Source: a virus
DNA: 64,000 nucleotides
Virus record (IMG/VR): IMGVR_UViG_3300012920_000023
Location: 1 to 64,000 of that record
Reading direction: 5' to 3' (one strand)
Shown one piece after another: positions 1-9,025 of this stretch; position 1 is the stretch's first letter, and each line of letters starts with the position of its first letter. The notes under the pieces are model-generated. The model was not told where the DNA came from. It made no database searches and was given only the letters and a program-made list of their open reading frames with translations. The translations under genes and the position numbers were made by a program.

Positions 1-170
1 CGCAGATACCAAAATCACCCCCCAAAATTAAACCGGGTCTTATGGTGCTGTGTTTTCGGTGTCATCCGGGGGCGATTTTTGTTTGCACCTTATGAAGTCC
101 TATATGGTGCTGTTGACTAGTCGGCCTTAAGCCCCCTGCCCCCGTCCTCGCCCCCCCGTTTTCGCCTCCT

Positions 171-353
171 TTAGTCGATGTATTCTGGCCCCGAGGGGTC
201 TAGGGGAATCTTTTGAAGCGTATGACCCGGAAATCGGTTTTTGTAATGCTCAAGGCATTTAAGAGCCTCTTCATAGGTTGAAAAAACCCGAGGTCTAGTG
301 GCTAATAGGCCACGCTCATTGTAAAATGTTAAACAGTATACTTTAGTTTTCAT
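171..353 (-). CDS. Small hypothetical early protein
   Basis: 60-aa ORF with AAGGAGG RBS directly behind the promoter at 389-417. Confidence 0.75.
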   Translation of the reverse strand: MKTKVYCLTFYNERGLLATRPRVFSTYEEALKCLEHYKNRFPGHTLQKIPLDPSGPEYID

Positions 354-388
354 GTTGGCCTCCTTAGCCTTTACCTTAATGATGATTA

Positions 389-417
389 ACTATACCTCGC
401 CCCCTAACTATAGTCAA
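389..417 (-). promoter_or_regulatory. Early sigma70-like promoter
   Basis: TTGACT-N17-TATAGT with upstream A/T-rich UP element. Confidence 0.85.
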
Positions 418-1051
418 GTAAAAAATACATTTATTTTAAAATAATTTCAGATACTTAGGAGCACCATAGGGGGTGTCTTTCTCTTATGGTGCTCTCCTGC
501 CAACCCGGGGTGCCGATCTCTCGGTTATGGTGCTGTGTGTCCGAACGTAAATCCCGATGCGGAGCACCATAGGCATAGAACTGTGCAGTAAGGTGCTGTG
601 TGTGTGAAGCGAATCACGGCAGGATGTGACGGTTCTCACCCGGGTTGGTTAATGGTGCTGTGTGTCGAGCACCTTATAGAGTAGTCACGGCCCCGGTGGT
701 GATGTTGGTAACCCGGTGGAGATTGTTGGAAACCGTTGGTCACCCGGTGGTGAATGTTGGTGGCCCGGGTGCTCAATGGTGCTGTGTGTGTTAAGCGTGT
801 ACGCCCCGGGTGGCGTACGGAGCACCATTATGAGTTTTTTACCCCATGCGGTGGTTCCGGGGTTGTTTTTTGTAGGTCATGCCGTTGATAGTCAAAGGCC
901 GGGATTTTTGTTTTCCCCCTATAGGGAGTTTTAAAAGTTTCAGTCGCCGGGATTGTACCTAAGTTGTTGACTTTAAAACACAATCATGATGACTATCAAT
1001 CCGGGTGTAAAAAACACGTCGCTTCAAATCACCGGGTGCAAAACTTGATAG

Positions 1052-1294
1052 TCAAGAGGGCCATTGACTATCACCGAAAAACTCTACGGAGTCGGTACTG
1101 ATTCTCCAACGGCCACATGGAGATCTAAAGTTCAGTAGGGTCTCGATAATGTCTTCCGGGTGGCAGTCTGCGTCATTCATCTCTGCCCGGAGTGTGTACC
1201 GGGCGATTCGTTTAGCGGTGTCTTCGGACGGCGATACCGCAACGGCTTTCGTTTTAGTCGGAGTTATAACTGAGGTGAGGTACATTTTGATCAT
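1052..1294 (-). CDS. Hypothetical early protein
   Basis: 80-aa ORF; TTGACT-N18-TATAAA upstream at about 1334-1363. Confidence 0.65.
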   Translation of the reverse strand: MIKMYLTSVITPTKTKAVAVSPSEDTAKRIARYTLRAEMNDADCHPEDIIETLLNFRSPCGRWRISTDSVEFFGDSQWPS

Positions 1295-1372
1295 CGTGCA
1301 ACCCTTTTAGCGTTCTGCAATTCAACCTCTCATTTATAACTTGACTATCGGTCGGCAGTCAACCGTCTCGAC

Positions 1373-1762
1373 TTAATATTCCGGGTCATTCATGCAGGTC
1401 GGACACTCGCCGTTCTCGTCAAGTTGATCCTCACCACATTCGGGGCAGTCAATCTCTCCGTTTTCAAGTTGCTCTTGACGGCTCTCATCTTGACGTTGCG
1501 GTAAACATGACTGACAACATACAACCTCTGAGTGTTCCTCGACGGTTAGGTCATCGATTGAGAAATACTCATGGCATATCTCACAGTCCTGCCGAGGCTC
1601 AAGGTCTTGGTCTTCAATCATTTCTCTAGTTTGGTCGTGGTTGCAGTGATAGATGAACGCCCTTGCGACCTGCTCCCATGTCAATAAGCCCTCTTCGACC
1701 TGCTCATACAAGTAGCGTCCGGGGCTTGTTCTCCAATGTTCGTTATGTATAGCCATCTTCAC
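1373..1762 (-). CDS. Hypothetical acidic zinc-ribbon protein
   Basis: Four CxxC pairs (CEIC, CQSC, CPEC, CPTC); AGGAG RBS. Confidence 0.75.
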   Translation of the reverse strand: MKMAIHNEHWRTSPGRYLYEQVEEGLLTWEQVARAFIYHCNHDQTREMIEDQDLEPRQDCEICHEYFSIDDLTVEEHSEVVCCQSCLPQRQDESRQEQLENGEIDCPECGEDQLDENGECPTCMNDPEY

Positions 1763-1794
1763 TCTCCTTTAGAGTATTATCTTATTGATGTCTT

Positions 1795-1823
1795 ATACTA
1801 ACTCGACTTGGGCTGTTAGTCAA
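1795..1823 (-). promoter_or_regulatory. Early promoter
   Basis: TTGACT-N17-TAGTAT plus UP element; inverted repeat at 1866-1893. Confidence 0.85.
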
Positions 1824-1957
1824 GTAAAAGAAACATTTATTTTTAAGTAATCATGGGCACTTACGAGCACCTTTAGGTCGCCCTTATGGTGCTGTCATCA
1901 TTCCTCACCATTCAATGCGTCAATCTCCGGGCGTCCCCCCCCTTTTTTGGCCTGACC

Positions 1958-2293
1958 TTAGTCGTGGCACATTTGCTTATAGTGAGTCTCAACTCCTACA
2001 AAGATTTCTCGGTCGTCCATTAACTCAAGTATACGCCCGACTTGCGACGCTATCATCAAATCAAGGGTGTCCGCCTTGAAGAGAAACGGTACGGTGTAAA
2101 GCGGTTCGTAAGCGTTATAAGGGATTTGAACGCCCTCCTCGCCCCACCCGAGGTAAGTCACGCACTCATAAACGGTGAAGAACGCTATTGACCCCTCGGT
2201 CGGTCTCTCGTCCTCTAGGTAATGAAAGTTGATGTTAGCCTCGCCACCGTCTTCATTTCGTACGGTGTAGATATTATTTTCTGACATGCTCAA
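1958..2293 (-). CDS. Hypothetical early protein
   Basis: ORF behind its own promoter; AAAGGA RBS. Confidence 0.7.
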   Translation of the reverse strand: MSMSENNIYTVRNEDGGEANINFHYLEDERPTEGSIAFFTVYECVTYLGWGEEGVQIPYNAYEPLYTVPFLFKADTLDLMIASQVGRILELMDDREIFVGVETHYKQMCHD

Positions 2294-2325
2294 GTCCTTT
2301 CTGACCTGTATCTAAGTGATGATTA

Positions 2326-2354
2326 ATACTACCTCGTTATGACTCTGTAGTCAA
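2326..2354 (-). promoter_or_regulatory. Early promoter
   Basis: TTGACT-N17-TAGTAT; inverted repeat at 2397-2423. Confidence 0.85.
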
Positions 2355-2486
2355 ATAAAAAATACGCTTATTTTAAAATAATTTTAGATGTTTAGGAGCA
2401 CCATTAGTGGCCTTAAAGGTGCTGTAAGATCAATGACTTTGATTCTCCGGCTATCGATCACTTGACCTGCTCTTCAAGCGGTCATG

Positions 2487-2861
2487 TTAAAACGACATTA
2501 GCCATTCACGATTAACGACAACCGTTATCCCGTTCTCATCTTTTGGGGTTTCAAATCCCAAGGACTCAAGAAATGCGATGGCTAAATCAGAGTGCTCTTC
2601 ACATTGAGAGCCAACTTGTAGCGTATAGATTGTATCGGGATAGTCTCTTAGATCATCGCACTCTTTATAGTCATAGATAGTGAAGACGAAATCCCCGTCT
2701 AGAAGCAATGACCACTCCACTTTACTTTTGTCCATATCTTGGTAAGCAGGCTCACCTAAACGAGCCTTTAAATCGTTGAAAGTCGCTTTGATTTGATGTC
2801 CGAAATTGCAGGTCATATCTGCCCGACCTTGCTGTATTCTTTTACTCACTTGTTGACTCAT
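2487..2861 (-). CDS. Hypothetical phage protein
   Basis: GGAGG RBS; LGEP..K..EW..FTIYDYK pattern that I recall from phage hypotheticals. Confidence 0.75.
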   Translation of the reverse strand: MSQQVSKRIQQGRADMTCNFGHQIKATFNDLKARLGEPAYQDMDKSKVEWSLLLDGDFVFTIYDYKECDDLRDYPDTIYTLQVGSQCEEHSDLAIAFLESLGFETPKDENGITVVVNREWLMSF

Positions 2862-2902
2862 TGTCTTGCTCCTCCTTGAAGCGTATCTTTGTTGATATAT
2901 AT

Positions 2903-2931
2903 ACTATACCTCAACTCACCTGCTTAGTCAA
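2903..2931 (-). promoter_or_regulatory. Early promoter
   Basis: TTGACT-N17-TATAGT. Confidence 0.85.
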
Positions 2932-3049
2932 ATAAAAAATAAAAAGACTTTCAAACGGGTTTGCTACTATGGTGCAACACTTCCCGGGAGCACGTTAGAC
3001 CTATTAATGGTGCCCCCGGGAACGGACGGCCCGAATGGGCCTAGGGCTT

Positions 3050-3115
3050 TAGCCCGGCATCTAGCCCGGCCTTAGCCCGGCCCTTTGACCGCCTTTATCC
3101 CGGCTTTAGCCCGGC
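3050..3115. repeat. Short direct repeats TAGCCCGGC (4 copies)
   Basis: Seen directly, downstream of the 3123-3578 gene. Confidence 0.7.
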
Positions 3116-3122
3116 CCGTCGG

Positions 3123-3578
3123 CTAATACTCTCCGTAACAGTCCGTCCAAGTCTCGCCCGTTTCTTCACCCCATTGTGATCGGGGGGCGAGTAAACTTCC
3201 GCTTTGGTTATAGTCGGCTCCGCACTTAACGCAAGTGTTAGTGAAGCGTGACAGGCTCAAGCGTCGGCCACAACACTCAAGTGAAGCCGGTTCACGGTAG
3301 GTCATGGTCGAGGTCTTAAACTCAAGTTGACCGCCGGCGTCGAGAACCTTTTGAAGGTTGATTCCGCCGTAACCGTCCGACCACTTACTGTCGGGGCGTC
3401 CTGTGTTAGCGAGAAGCCTTGAATGATCCTCGTTGAGTTGATTGATCAAGTCATCAATGGTCGAGTCCGGCGTGAACTTATCACTTGATGTGGAGAAGTC
3501 ACTGAGACCGGCCACCGTGTGGCGGATGAACAACGTATTGAACGTCTTGGTTACTGAATGGGCCTTAATAAAGGTCAT
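3123..3578 (-). CDS. Hypothetical protein with C-terminal zinc ribbon (start revised to MTFIKA)
   Basis: The longer track ORF runs through a promoter at 3630-3658; CC..CxxC near the C-terminus. Confidence 0.7.
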   Translation of the reverse strand: MTFIKAHSVTKTFNTLFIRHTVAGLSDFSTSSDKFTPDSTIDDLINQLNEDHSRLLANTGRPDSKWSDGYGGINLQKVLDAGGQLEFKTSTMTYREPASLECCGRRLSLSRFTNTCVKCGADYNQSGSLLAPRSQWGEETGETWTDCYGEY

Positions 3579-3797
3579 AGTGAATCGCTTTCTGAGTCTC
3601 TTACTCAAGTAGGTTAGCGTGATGTACAAGAGATAGTCGATCTCTCTATGATAGTCAAGTAAAAGAAACACTTATTTTCAAAAGATGCCGGGCGTCTTGT
3701 CTGCCGGGCATCTCGTTCCCGGGAGCACCATTCGGTACATTACGGGTACTTGCGAGCACCTTATAGTCCGGTAATGGTGCTGTTAGCCGACGGTGAA

Positions 3798-3820
3798 AAG
3801 GGGGTTTTTGAGACCCCCTT
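3798..3820 (-). terminator. Probable intrinsic terminator
   Basis: AAGGGGGT-N7-ACCCCCTT hairpin with a short U-run on the minus strand, after the 3858-3989 ORF. Confidence 0.6.
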
Positions 3821-3857
3821 GGTTAAAGTAACGGAACTCGGTGAACTCGGTAAAGGC

Positions 3858-3989
3858 TTAGGCGATAGCCATCATACAGATCACGCTAGTGGTAAAGGCC
3901 ATCACGCTCGTGATAACGGTATCAACTGAGTCAACCGGCTCGGCTAAAGCGGTGATGATGATGGTTGTGGTAAGGGCTAAAATGATCAT
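3858..3989 (-). CDS. 43-aa hydrophobic peptide (not in ORF track)
   Basis: MIILALTTTIIITALAEPVDSVDTVITSVMAFTTSVICMMAIA; AGGAG RBS; own promoter at 4045-4073. Confidence 0.7.
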   Translation of the reverse strand: MIILALTTTIIITALAEPVDSVDTVITSVMAFTTSVICMMAIA

Positions 3990-4044
3990 GGTCAATCTCC
4001 TTGAATGACTATTGAGTTTTAAGGTCAACTTAACCTTATGAGGT

Positions 4045-4073
4045 ATACTAACTCGGCTTGACCCTCAAGTCAA
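4045..4073 (-). promoter_or_regulatory. Early promoter
   Basis: TTGACT-N17-TAGTAT; inverted repeat at 4116-4143. Confidence 0.85.
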
Positions 4074-4176
4074 ATAAAAATGAGGCCATTTTTAAAATAC
4101 TTTCAATGACTTAACAGCACCTTTAAGGGCTACTAATGGTGCTGTTTAAAGCGGAACTCAGTTCCTAGTTGTTCAC

Positions 4177-4192
4177 ATGCACGCATGTGCAC
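4177..4192. promoter_or_regulatory. 16-bp parS-like palindrome, copy 1
   Basis: ATGCAC-GCAT-GTGCAC inside a 41-nt alternating purine/pyrimidine tract. Confidence 0.6.
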
Positions 4193-4476
4193 ATACGCAT
4201 GTACGCATACGCATTTCATCTTATACTATCCGGATTTTTTAGGCCGTATTTTAGGGCCGAATATATTTACATGGGGTACTAAGCGACCCCTTAAAACCCT
4301 CAAATCAAGGGTTTAGTCAAAAAAAAGACAGCCCCCAAGTAGGCGTTTTTACTACACTTTTTCAACTAGTTTTAAAATAGGAGAAAGTTTTATTTTACTT
4401 TGACTATACGGTGTGCCTATACTGATTAAGTCATTAGGGCACAGCCCATTCACTATAGCAACTAAAGGAGTTGAAA

Positions 4477-5409
4477 ATGACCCCCGATAAACGCCAAAAA
4501 TTACAAGCCTTATTATCAGAGGAATCATATACGGTAGGAGTTGAGGTTGAACAACGAGGAATACCCCGTAACTCAGGTCGATGCCTCATTGAAATCAACA
4601 ACCTCATCAACGAGCATGCTGGGAGCCGATACTCGAAAAAGCGATTCAAGCAAGTATCAGACGGTTCAATCGATGGCTATGATGGCTGTGAGTTTGTAAG
4701 CGGTATCATGCATGGGCAACGTGATATGGAAGTCATTCAACAATCAGTGAGACTCATTCGTGAGCATGGCGGTCGCCCTCACATTTCATGCGGAATTCAC
4801 GTTCATGTTGACGGCTCAAGGTTTTTGGCTAACCCCAAAGCCTTAATCAGACTAGTCAAGTTGGTTGATCGTTATGAGACTCACATGTATCACGCTCTTC
4901 AAGCGGACGCTCTTACAAGCGGTCAAGACCGTTCAGTTCACTTTAGACCCTGCGGTCGTAAAGGTTGGTCAAGACCCGTTGAGGCGACCCTTATTGACCG
5001 ACTTGACGCTCTAGGTAAGAACCCGACCATAGACCAAGTAAGGGACGCTTGGTATAGTGGCCCCGAGGGCGGATCATGGCGGACTAAGTATGATGATACT
5101 AGATACCGCTTGCTCAACCTACACTCCTTATTTTATCAAGGGACTATTGAATTCCGTTGCTTCAATGCAACGGTTCATGCAGGCCGTATCAAGGCTTATA
5201 TTCAACTAGCCATGCTCATTACGGCTCAAGCCTTATTGACGAGTAGGGTTGTGAGAGGTAAGCGTTCATTTGACCCGACCAAGGCTCATTATGAAGTGAG
5301 GACTTGGTTACTCAAGTTAGGAGCCATCGGTGATGAGTACAAAACCATGCGGTTACTATTGACCCGCCACTTAGAGGGCAACGCTTCATGGCATAGAACG
5401 GCCCGTTAA
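4477..5409 (+). CDS. Putative amidoligase (COOH-NH2 ligase type 2)
   Basis: GVEVE, SDGSI, EFVS, SCGIHVHVD, RYRLLNL and GTIEFR motifs typical of the Amidoligase_2 family. Confidence 0.85.
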   Translation: MTPDKRQKLQALLSEESYTVGVEVEQRGIPRNSGRCLIEINNLINEHAGSRYSKKRFKQVSDGSIDGYDGCEFVSGIMHGQRDMEVIQQSVRLIREHGGRPHISCGIHVHVDGSRFLANPKALIRLVKLVDRYETHMYHALQADALTSGQDRSVHFRPCGRKGWSRPVEATLIDRLDALGKNPTIDQVRDAWYSGPEGGSWRTKYDDTRYRLLNLHSLFYQGTIEFRCFNATVHAGRIKAYIQLAMLITAQALLTSRVVRGKRSFDPTKAHYEVRTWLLKLGAIGDEYKTMRLLLTRHLEGNASWHRTAR

Positions 5410-5764
5410 AGGGCTTTAGCCGGATTAATAGGGCTTAAGGGCTATGATGATATAGGTTGGGTACTAAAGAGGGCACAGAGGCTAAAATAAGGCTCATTAA
5501 GTATGACTTGATAGGTTGACTTGATGAGTCATTCACTCAGTCCTACTAAACCTGACTGAACAGCACCATATAGCAATAGCCCTATCCTTATGGTGCTTTG
5601 CCGGCCCACAGCACCATTGATGTGGCCTTATTTCGGGCATATTTGCCGGTATCAAAAGGACTAGCCCCATAGAACTGACCGACTCCCGTTTCAGTGATCC
5701 GTTCTTTTAAAAAATTGCCCTTATACACCGTTCAATTTCCATGAAAAAAGGGGTTAGTTTGCAT

Positions 5765-5826
5765 GGGGTGTTGATGAGGGTGTTGATAGGGGATGTTGAT
5801 ATGGGGTGTTGATAGGGGGTGTTGAT
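5765..5826. repeat. Five tandem GGG(T/AT)GTTGAT units
   Basis: 11-13-nt units seen directly between convergent genes. Confidence 0.85.
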
Positions 5827-6218
5827 TAGGTACCGAACTTAATGGCCTTGATTAGAGTGTCTTTTAAAATCTTTTTTAAGTGCTTGGGTTGTTTGATGAA
5901 ACGCTTTGGTAATTGGTTAGCGTCGAGATGCTTCATGACTGTACGCCCATGTAGAGTGCTAGGGTCGGATGAGAAATAACGATCAGTCTGCCCAAAGGCT
6001 TTGCTTAGGTTATGTTTACTCCCGGGGTTTTGAGCGATGAGAGCGTCTTTCTTAAACTTTTCATAGTTGTTACTTAACTTGATATAGAGGTCGACTTGTT
6101 TTTGGCCATCGAGTCTATATAGCCGTTCAAGGTCATTAAGCCATGCGAGTGCTTGGCTTTTCGCATTGGTTTTCTTCTGCATAGATTCGATAAGTTGAAT
6201 ACTTTGTTCTTTATTCAT
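5826..6218 (-). CDS. Basic hypothetical protein, putative head-internal protein
   Basis: Leader MNKEQSIQLIES nearly identical to that of the 7400 ORF; Lys-rich body. Confidence 0.7.
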   Translation of the reverse strand: MNKEQSIQLIESMQKKTNAKSQALAWLNDLERLYRLDGQKQVDLYIKLSNNYEKFKKDALIAQNPGSKHNLSKAFGQTDRYFSSDPSTLHGRTVMKHLDANQLPKRFIKQPKHLKKILKDTLIKAIKFGT

Positions 6219-6371
6219 GAGTCATACTTTCTTTAAGAGAGATTAAGGTGAGTGATTAACCCGGGGGTGCTAATGGAGCCGGGTGAACATTTTTTAATTT
6301 TTGGTCGGTCGAGTGTCTTTGACTATCAGCAACACCTACAAAACCGCTAGGCTATCCGGCCTGCTTAGGGT

Positions 6372-7184
6372 TTAAAACAGTCCGCCTCTGCTGTTGTTCG
6401 ACAGAGGATTATGATCCTTATTGATCTCTCCATCTTTTCTCTGAACTTCTCTAATTTTTAGTACAAGTTCCTTGAGGGATAAGCCTTTATTTTTAGCATA
6501 CCCGATTAGGGTTTTGGACTTCCCCATCACAGACCGTGAGACTGAGAACGAGTATTTGCGGTCTCTGTCCATCTTGATTTTAAGTTTCTTTGTACTAAGA
6601 GGTCTCTCTTGAAAGAGGTAGACGAGTGTCGTTCGACTTGAATCGAAACTAGAGGGTTTGCCGAGGATTTTGTTGAGTGCGACTCTTGCAGATCTAAACC
6701 CTTTTGAGTCCACGGCGTTCGCTTCATCAAGGCTATCCATAGCCTCCACTGCTTCTAAGAGAGCATTTTCAAGGATGTTAATTGCTTCATACACACCCTC
6801 TTTTTTTGGCCCGATGTTATTCATCTTACTGTACGGGCCATTTCTTCCGGTATAGCAGAGTTGCTTTATTCGATCCATGAGGGACTGCGTGGTGAACTGT
6901 CTTCTGTCCAATCTTGTTCGGCTTTTGCGTTGTCCTTGTGCTTTGTCGATGATGATCCCTTGATCGGGTTTTGCTGTGTCTGATACGACCACACTGAGTC
7001 TGTACCCATCTTTAAAGTTATAGTTTAACCGGTTCTTGCGGTTGCCTGTGATTTGGCCTTTTCCGAAAAAACTATTCAACTCTCGCTCGATCATTCGGAC
7101 AACTGCGGAAGTTGACGAACGGTTTTGGGTTAAGTTTTTTTGATCGATAGGAATGTTCCGATTTAACGCTTCTCGAATCTGCAT
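6372..7184 (-). CDS. Basic hypothetical protein
   Basis: AAGGAG RBS; two K/R-rich halves joined by YEAINILENALLE, which resembles the N-terminus of the 8008 ORF. Confidence 0.75.
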   Translation of the reverse strand: MQIREALNRNIPIDQKNLTQNRSSTSAVVRMIERELNSFFGKGQITGNRKNRLNYNFKDGYRLSVVVSDTAKPDQGIIIDKAQGQRKSRTRLDRRQFTTQSLMDRIKQLCYTGRNGPYSKMNNIGPKKEGVYEAINILENALLEAVEAMDSLDEANAVDSKGFRSARVALNKILGKPSSFDSSRTTLVYLFQERPLSTKKLKIKMDRDRKYSFSVSRSVMGKSKTLIGYAKNKGLSLKELVLKIREVQRKDGEINKDHNPLSNNSRGGLF

Positions 7185-7399
7185 GGTCTGCTCCTTAATG
7201 GCGTAAGATTGTTCATAGTACGTTCTTTCTTGGTCAAATGGAGATTTTATTTTATTTCAACCGGGCTTGGATTTCAATCTTTTGGTTTTAGATAAGCCTT
7301 TGACTATCAGCAAATGGGTAAAATCCGAACACCTTGACGGGTGGGTGCTTGGGCGTTTAGAATCTCTCTACCTAAAAGACATGAAAGAGCAGGACTATA

Positions 7400-7756
7400 A
7401 TGAACAAGGAACAGGCAATATCTTTAGTTGAGAGTTACCTCGATGACTTAAAGCGGATCGAGAAAGATCATCCTAAGCGTGCTAAAAAGGTAAAGGCGGT
7501 GTTTGGCCGTGAACCGGATAAGACCGTTGCAGGAGGTGCGATTATTAAATATTTTGCGAAAAAAGAGGTCGGCACTCCGATGACTTTTATGCTTTTCGTA
7601 GGGCAGGATGACATAGAGATCAGCAACCCTAATCGTGCAATCAAGACTGCTTTAGGTAAGCCGACACAAGGCAACTTCCCGGCACGTGTCCCGTTTGACG
7701 ATTTCAAGAAGAGCCGAAAGATGCAGGCTACACTTAAAAAGTATTTTGGCAGATAG
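7400..7756 (+). CDS. Basic hypothetical protein, putative head-internal protein
   Basis: Leader MNKEQAISLVES; Lys-rich body. Confidence 0.75.
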   Translation: MNKEQAISLVESYLDDLKRIEKDHPKRAKKVKAVFGREPDKTVAGGAIIKYFAKKEVGTPMTFMLFVGQDDIEISNPNRAIKTALGKPTQGNFPARVPFDDFKKSRKMQATLKKYFGR

Positions 7757-7766
7757 GAGACATAAA

Positions 7767-8021
7767 GTGAGCACTCCCCCGAATGTTGCCGATTTTATAC
7801 GAGGCTTGGCACGCTTGATTAATGAAACGGATGTTGAGATTGATGCCGGTGGTGTTGACATTGGGGTCTACAGTCGTTCAAGTGGTCGCTACCTTGGAGC
7901 GGTCACCGTTGAGGACGATTCGGTTGACTTCTATGTGAGTACAGAGGACAGCAGTCCGGATGTGAGTGTCTTTCTTGATCAAAATCTAGAAAACGAGGAG
8001 GATGAAGATGAACCTGTATGA
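7767..8021 (+). CDS. Acidic hypothetical protein (GTG start)
   Basis: AGGAG RBS before GTG at 7767. Confidence 0.65.
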   Translation: MSTPPNVADFIRGLARLINETDVEIDAGGVDIGVYSRSSGRYLGAVTVEDDSVDFYVSTEDSSPDVSVFLDQNLENEEDEDEPV

Positions 8022-8319
8022 AGCAATCGAGATACTTGAGGGTCGGCGAAATGCATGGCTCAATCTCCAACAGAATATCGGTGTTATCGGGGGTCGTATG
8101 AAAAAATATGGCCCATACGGAATAAAGATCATTGGCCTATCGTTCAGTGGACTCAAGAAGTCCGTTGAGAAGATGGGTGGACAGTTTAGGCTCAAGAAAA
8201 TCAAGGGTCGCAATGTGGGCACAGTGAAGTTCGGCGGATATGACTTTAACGTCGTTCATGAGCCGGATGTCTCATCGGGCGAGGGAGAATTAATTGTGTT
8301 TTCAGACGGTACGTTGTAG
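8008..8319 (+). CDS. Basic hypothetical protein
   Basis: GAGGAGG RBS; leader MNLYEAIEILE. Confidence 0.7.
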   Translation: MNLYEAIEILEGRRNAWLNLQQNIGVIGGRMKKYGPYGIKIIGLSFSGLKKSVEKMGGQFRLKKIKGRNVGTVKFGGYDFNVVHEPDVSSGEGELIVFSDGTL

Positions 8320-8415
8320 AGTAATAAGACACATTTGAACAACAGACGGGGCGTGAGTATCTTTGCGGATGGGTTGAACAGTAGAACACCTTAACCCTTT
8401 TACAAAGGTGCTACC

Positions 8416-8679
8416 ATGAAACCAAAAAAAATGACTGTTAGGGAAATGGATAGGGTCAATACCTTGATTGATCACTCCTCTCGCATTGACCGGCTTAACC
8501 TAAGCCAAAGGGAGCGTGCCTTGGCTTACTTAATGTTCATCGTTGAACGTAATGCAAGCGAGGACTTAAAGGTATACGCTAATCGATTCGATGACCTTGT
8601 TCGCCATGCTCAAAAGACGGAGATCTTGATTAAGATAAGGGAGTGTGCCTTGGCAGTTAGGCGAGAGAATGGCTCTTAG
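8416..8679 (+). CDS. Hypothetical protein
   Basis: 87-aa ORF; AAAGGT RBS. Confidence 0.65.
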   Translation: MKPKKMTVREMDRVNTLIDHSSRIDRLNLSQRERALAYLMFIVERNASEDLKVYANRFDDLVRHAQKTEILIKIRECALAVRRENGS

Positions 8680-8990
8680 CGTTCGGGCATCCAAGTGGCG
8701 GTTTGACCTCGGTGGTAACGGGGGAGCATCCGGCCTAAGTACGTTAAACGGCTATCGCCCTCTCGCTTCATGCGGTTGACCGCTTTGCCTTGCTCTAAGC
8801 CGATAACTTTACCGTTAGGCATCTTGAATACGAGTATGTTTTTTGCGTTGCTACGGGGGACGGAGTTATTAAACATGCTCTGTAATGCTTTAACATCACG
8901 GGCTACCGATCCGTAAACTGATGGCCTCTTGATGATACGGTCGGCAAGGCTAGTTGATTCGTAAACTTCTAATAAGTGATATAGGCTCAT
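8676..8990 (-). CDS. Basic hypothetical protein
   Basis: AGGAGG RBS; leader MSLYHLLEVYES. Confidence 0.75.
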   Translation of the reverse strand: MSLYHLLEVYESTSLADRIIKRPSVYGSVARDVKALQSMFNNSVPRSNAKNILVFKMPNGKVIGLEQGKAVNRMKREGDSRLTYLGRMLPRYHRGQTATWMPER

Positions 8991-9025
8991 TGTATGCCCT
9001 CCTTTTCATTTTGCTTATTATAAGC

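Larger units (their letters stand above)
44..826. repeat. Cluster of about 12 GGTGCT/AGCACC motifs, many as inverted pairs
   Basis: Copies at 44, 85 (GCACC), 106, 460, 488, 529, 563, 592, 654, 668, 768, 778, 821; often TATGGTGCTGTGTG. Confidence 0.85.

Noticed and set aside
716-934. 72-aa ORF in the repeat block
   Set aside because: GTG start without a clear RBS; composition is dictated by the repeats.
44-5615. GGTGCT/AGCACC repeats as a CRISPR array or integron attC sites
   Set aside because: The conserved core is only 6-9 nt, orientation is mixed and spacing irregular; no cas or integrase gene is in the window.
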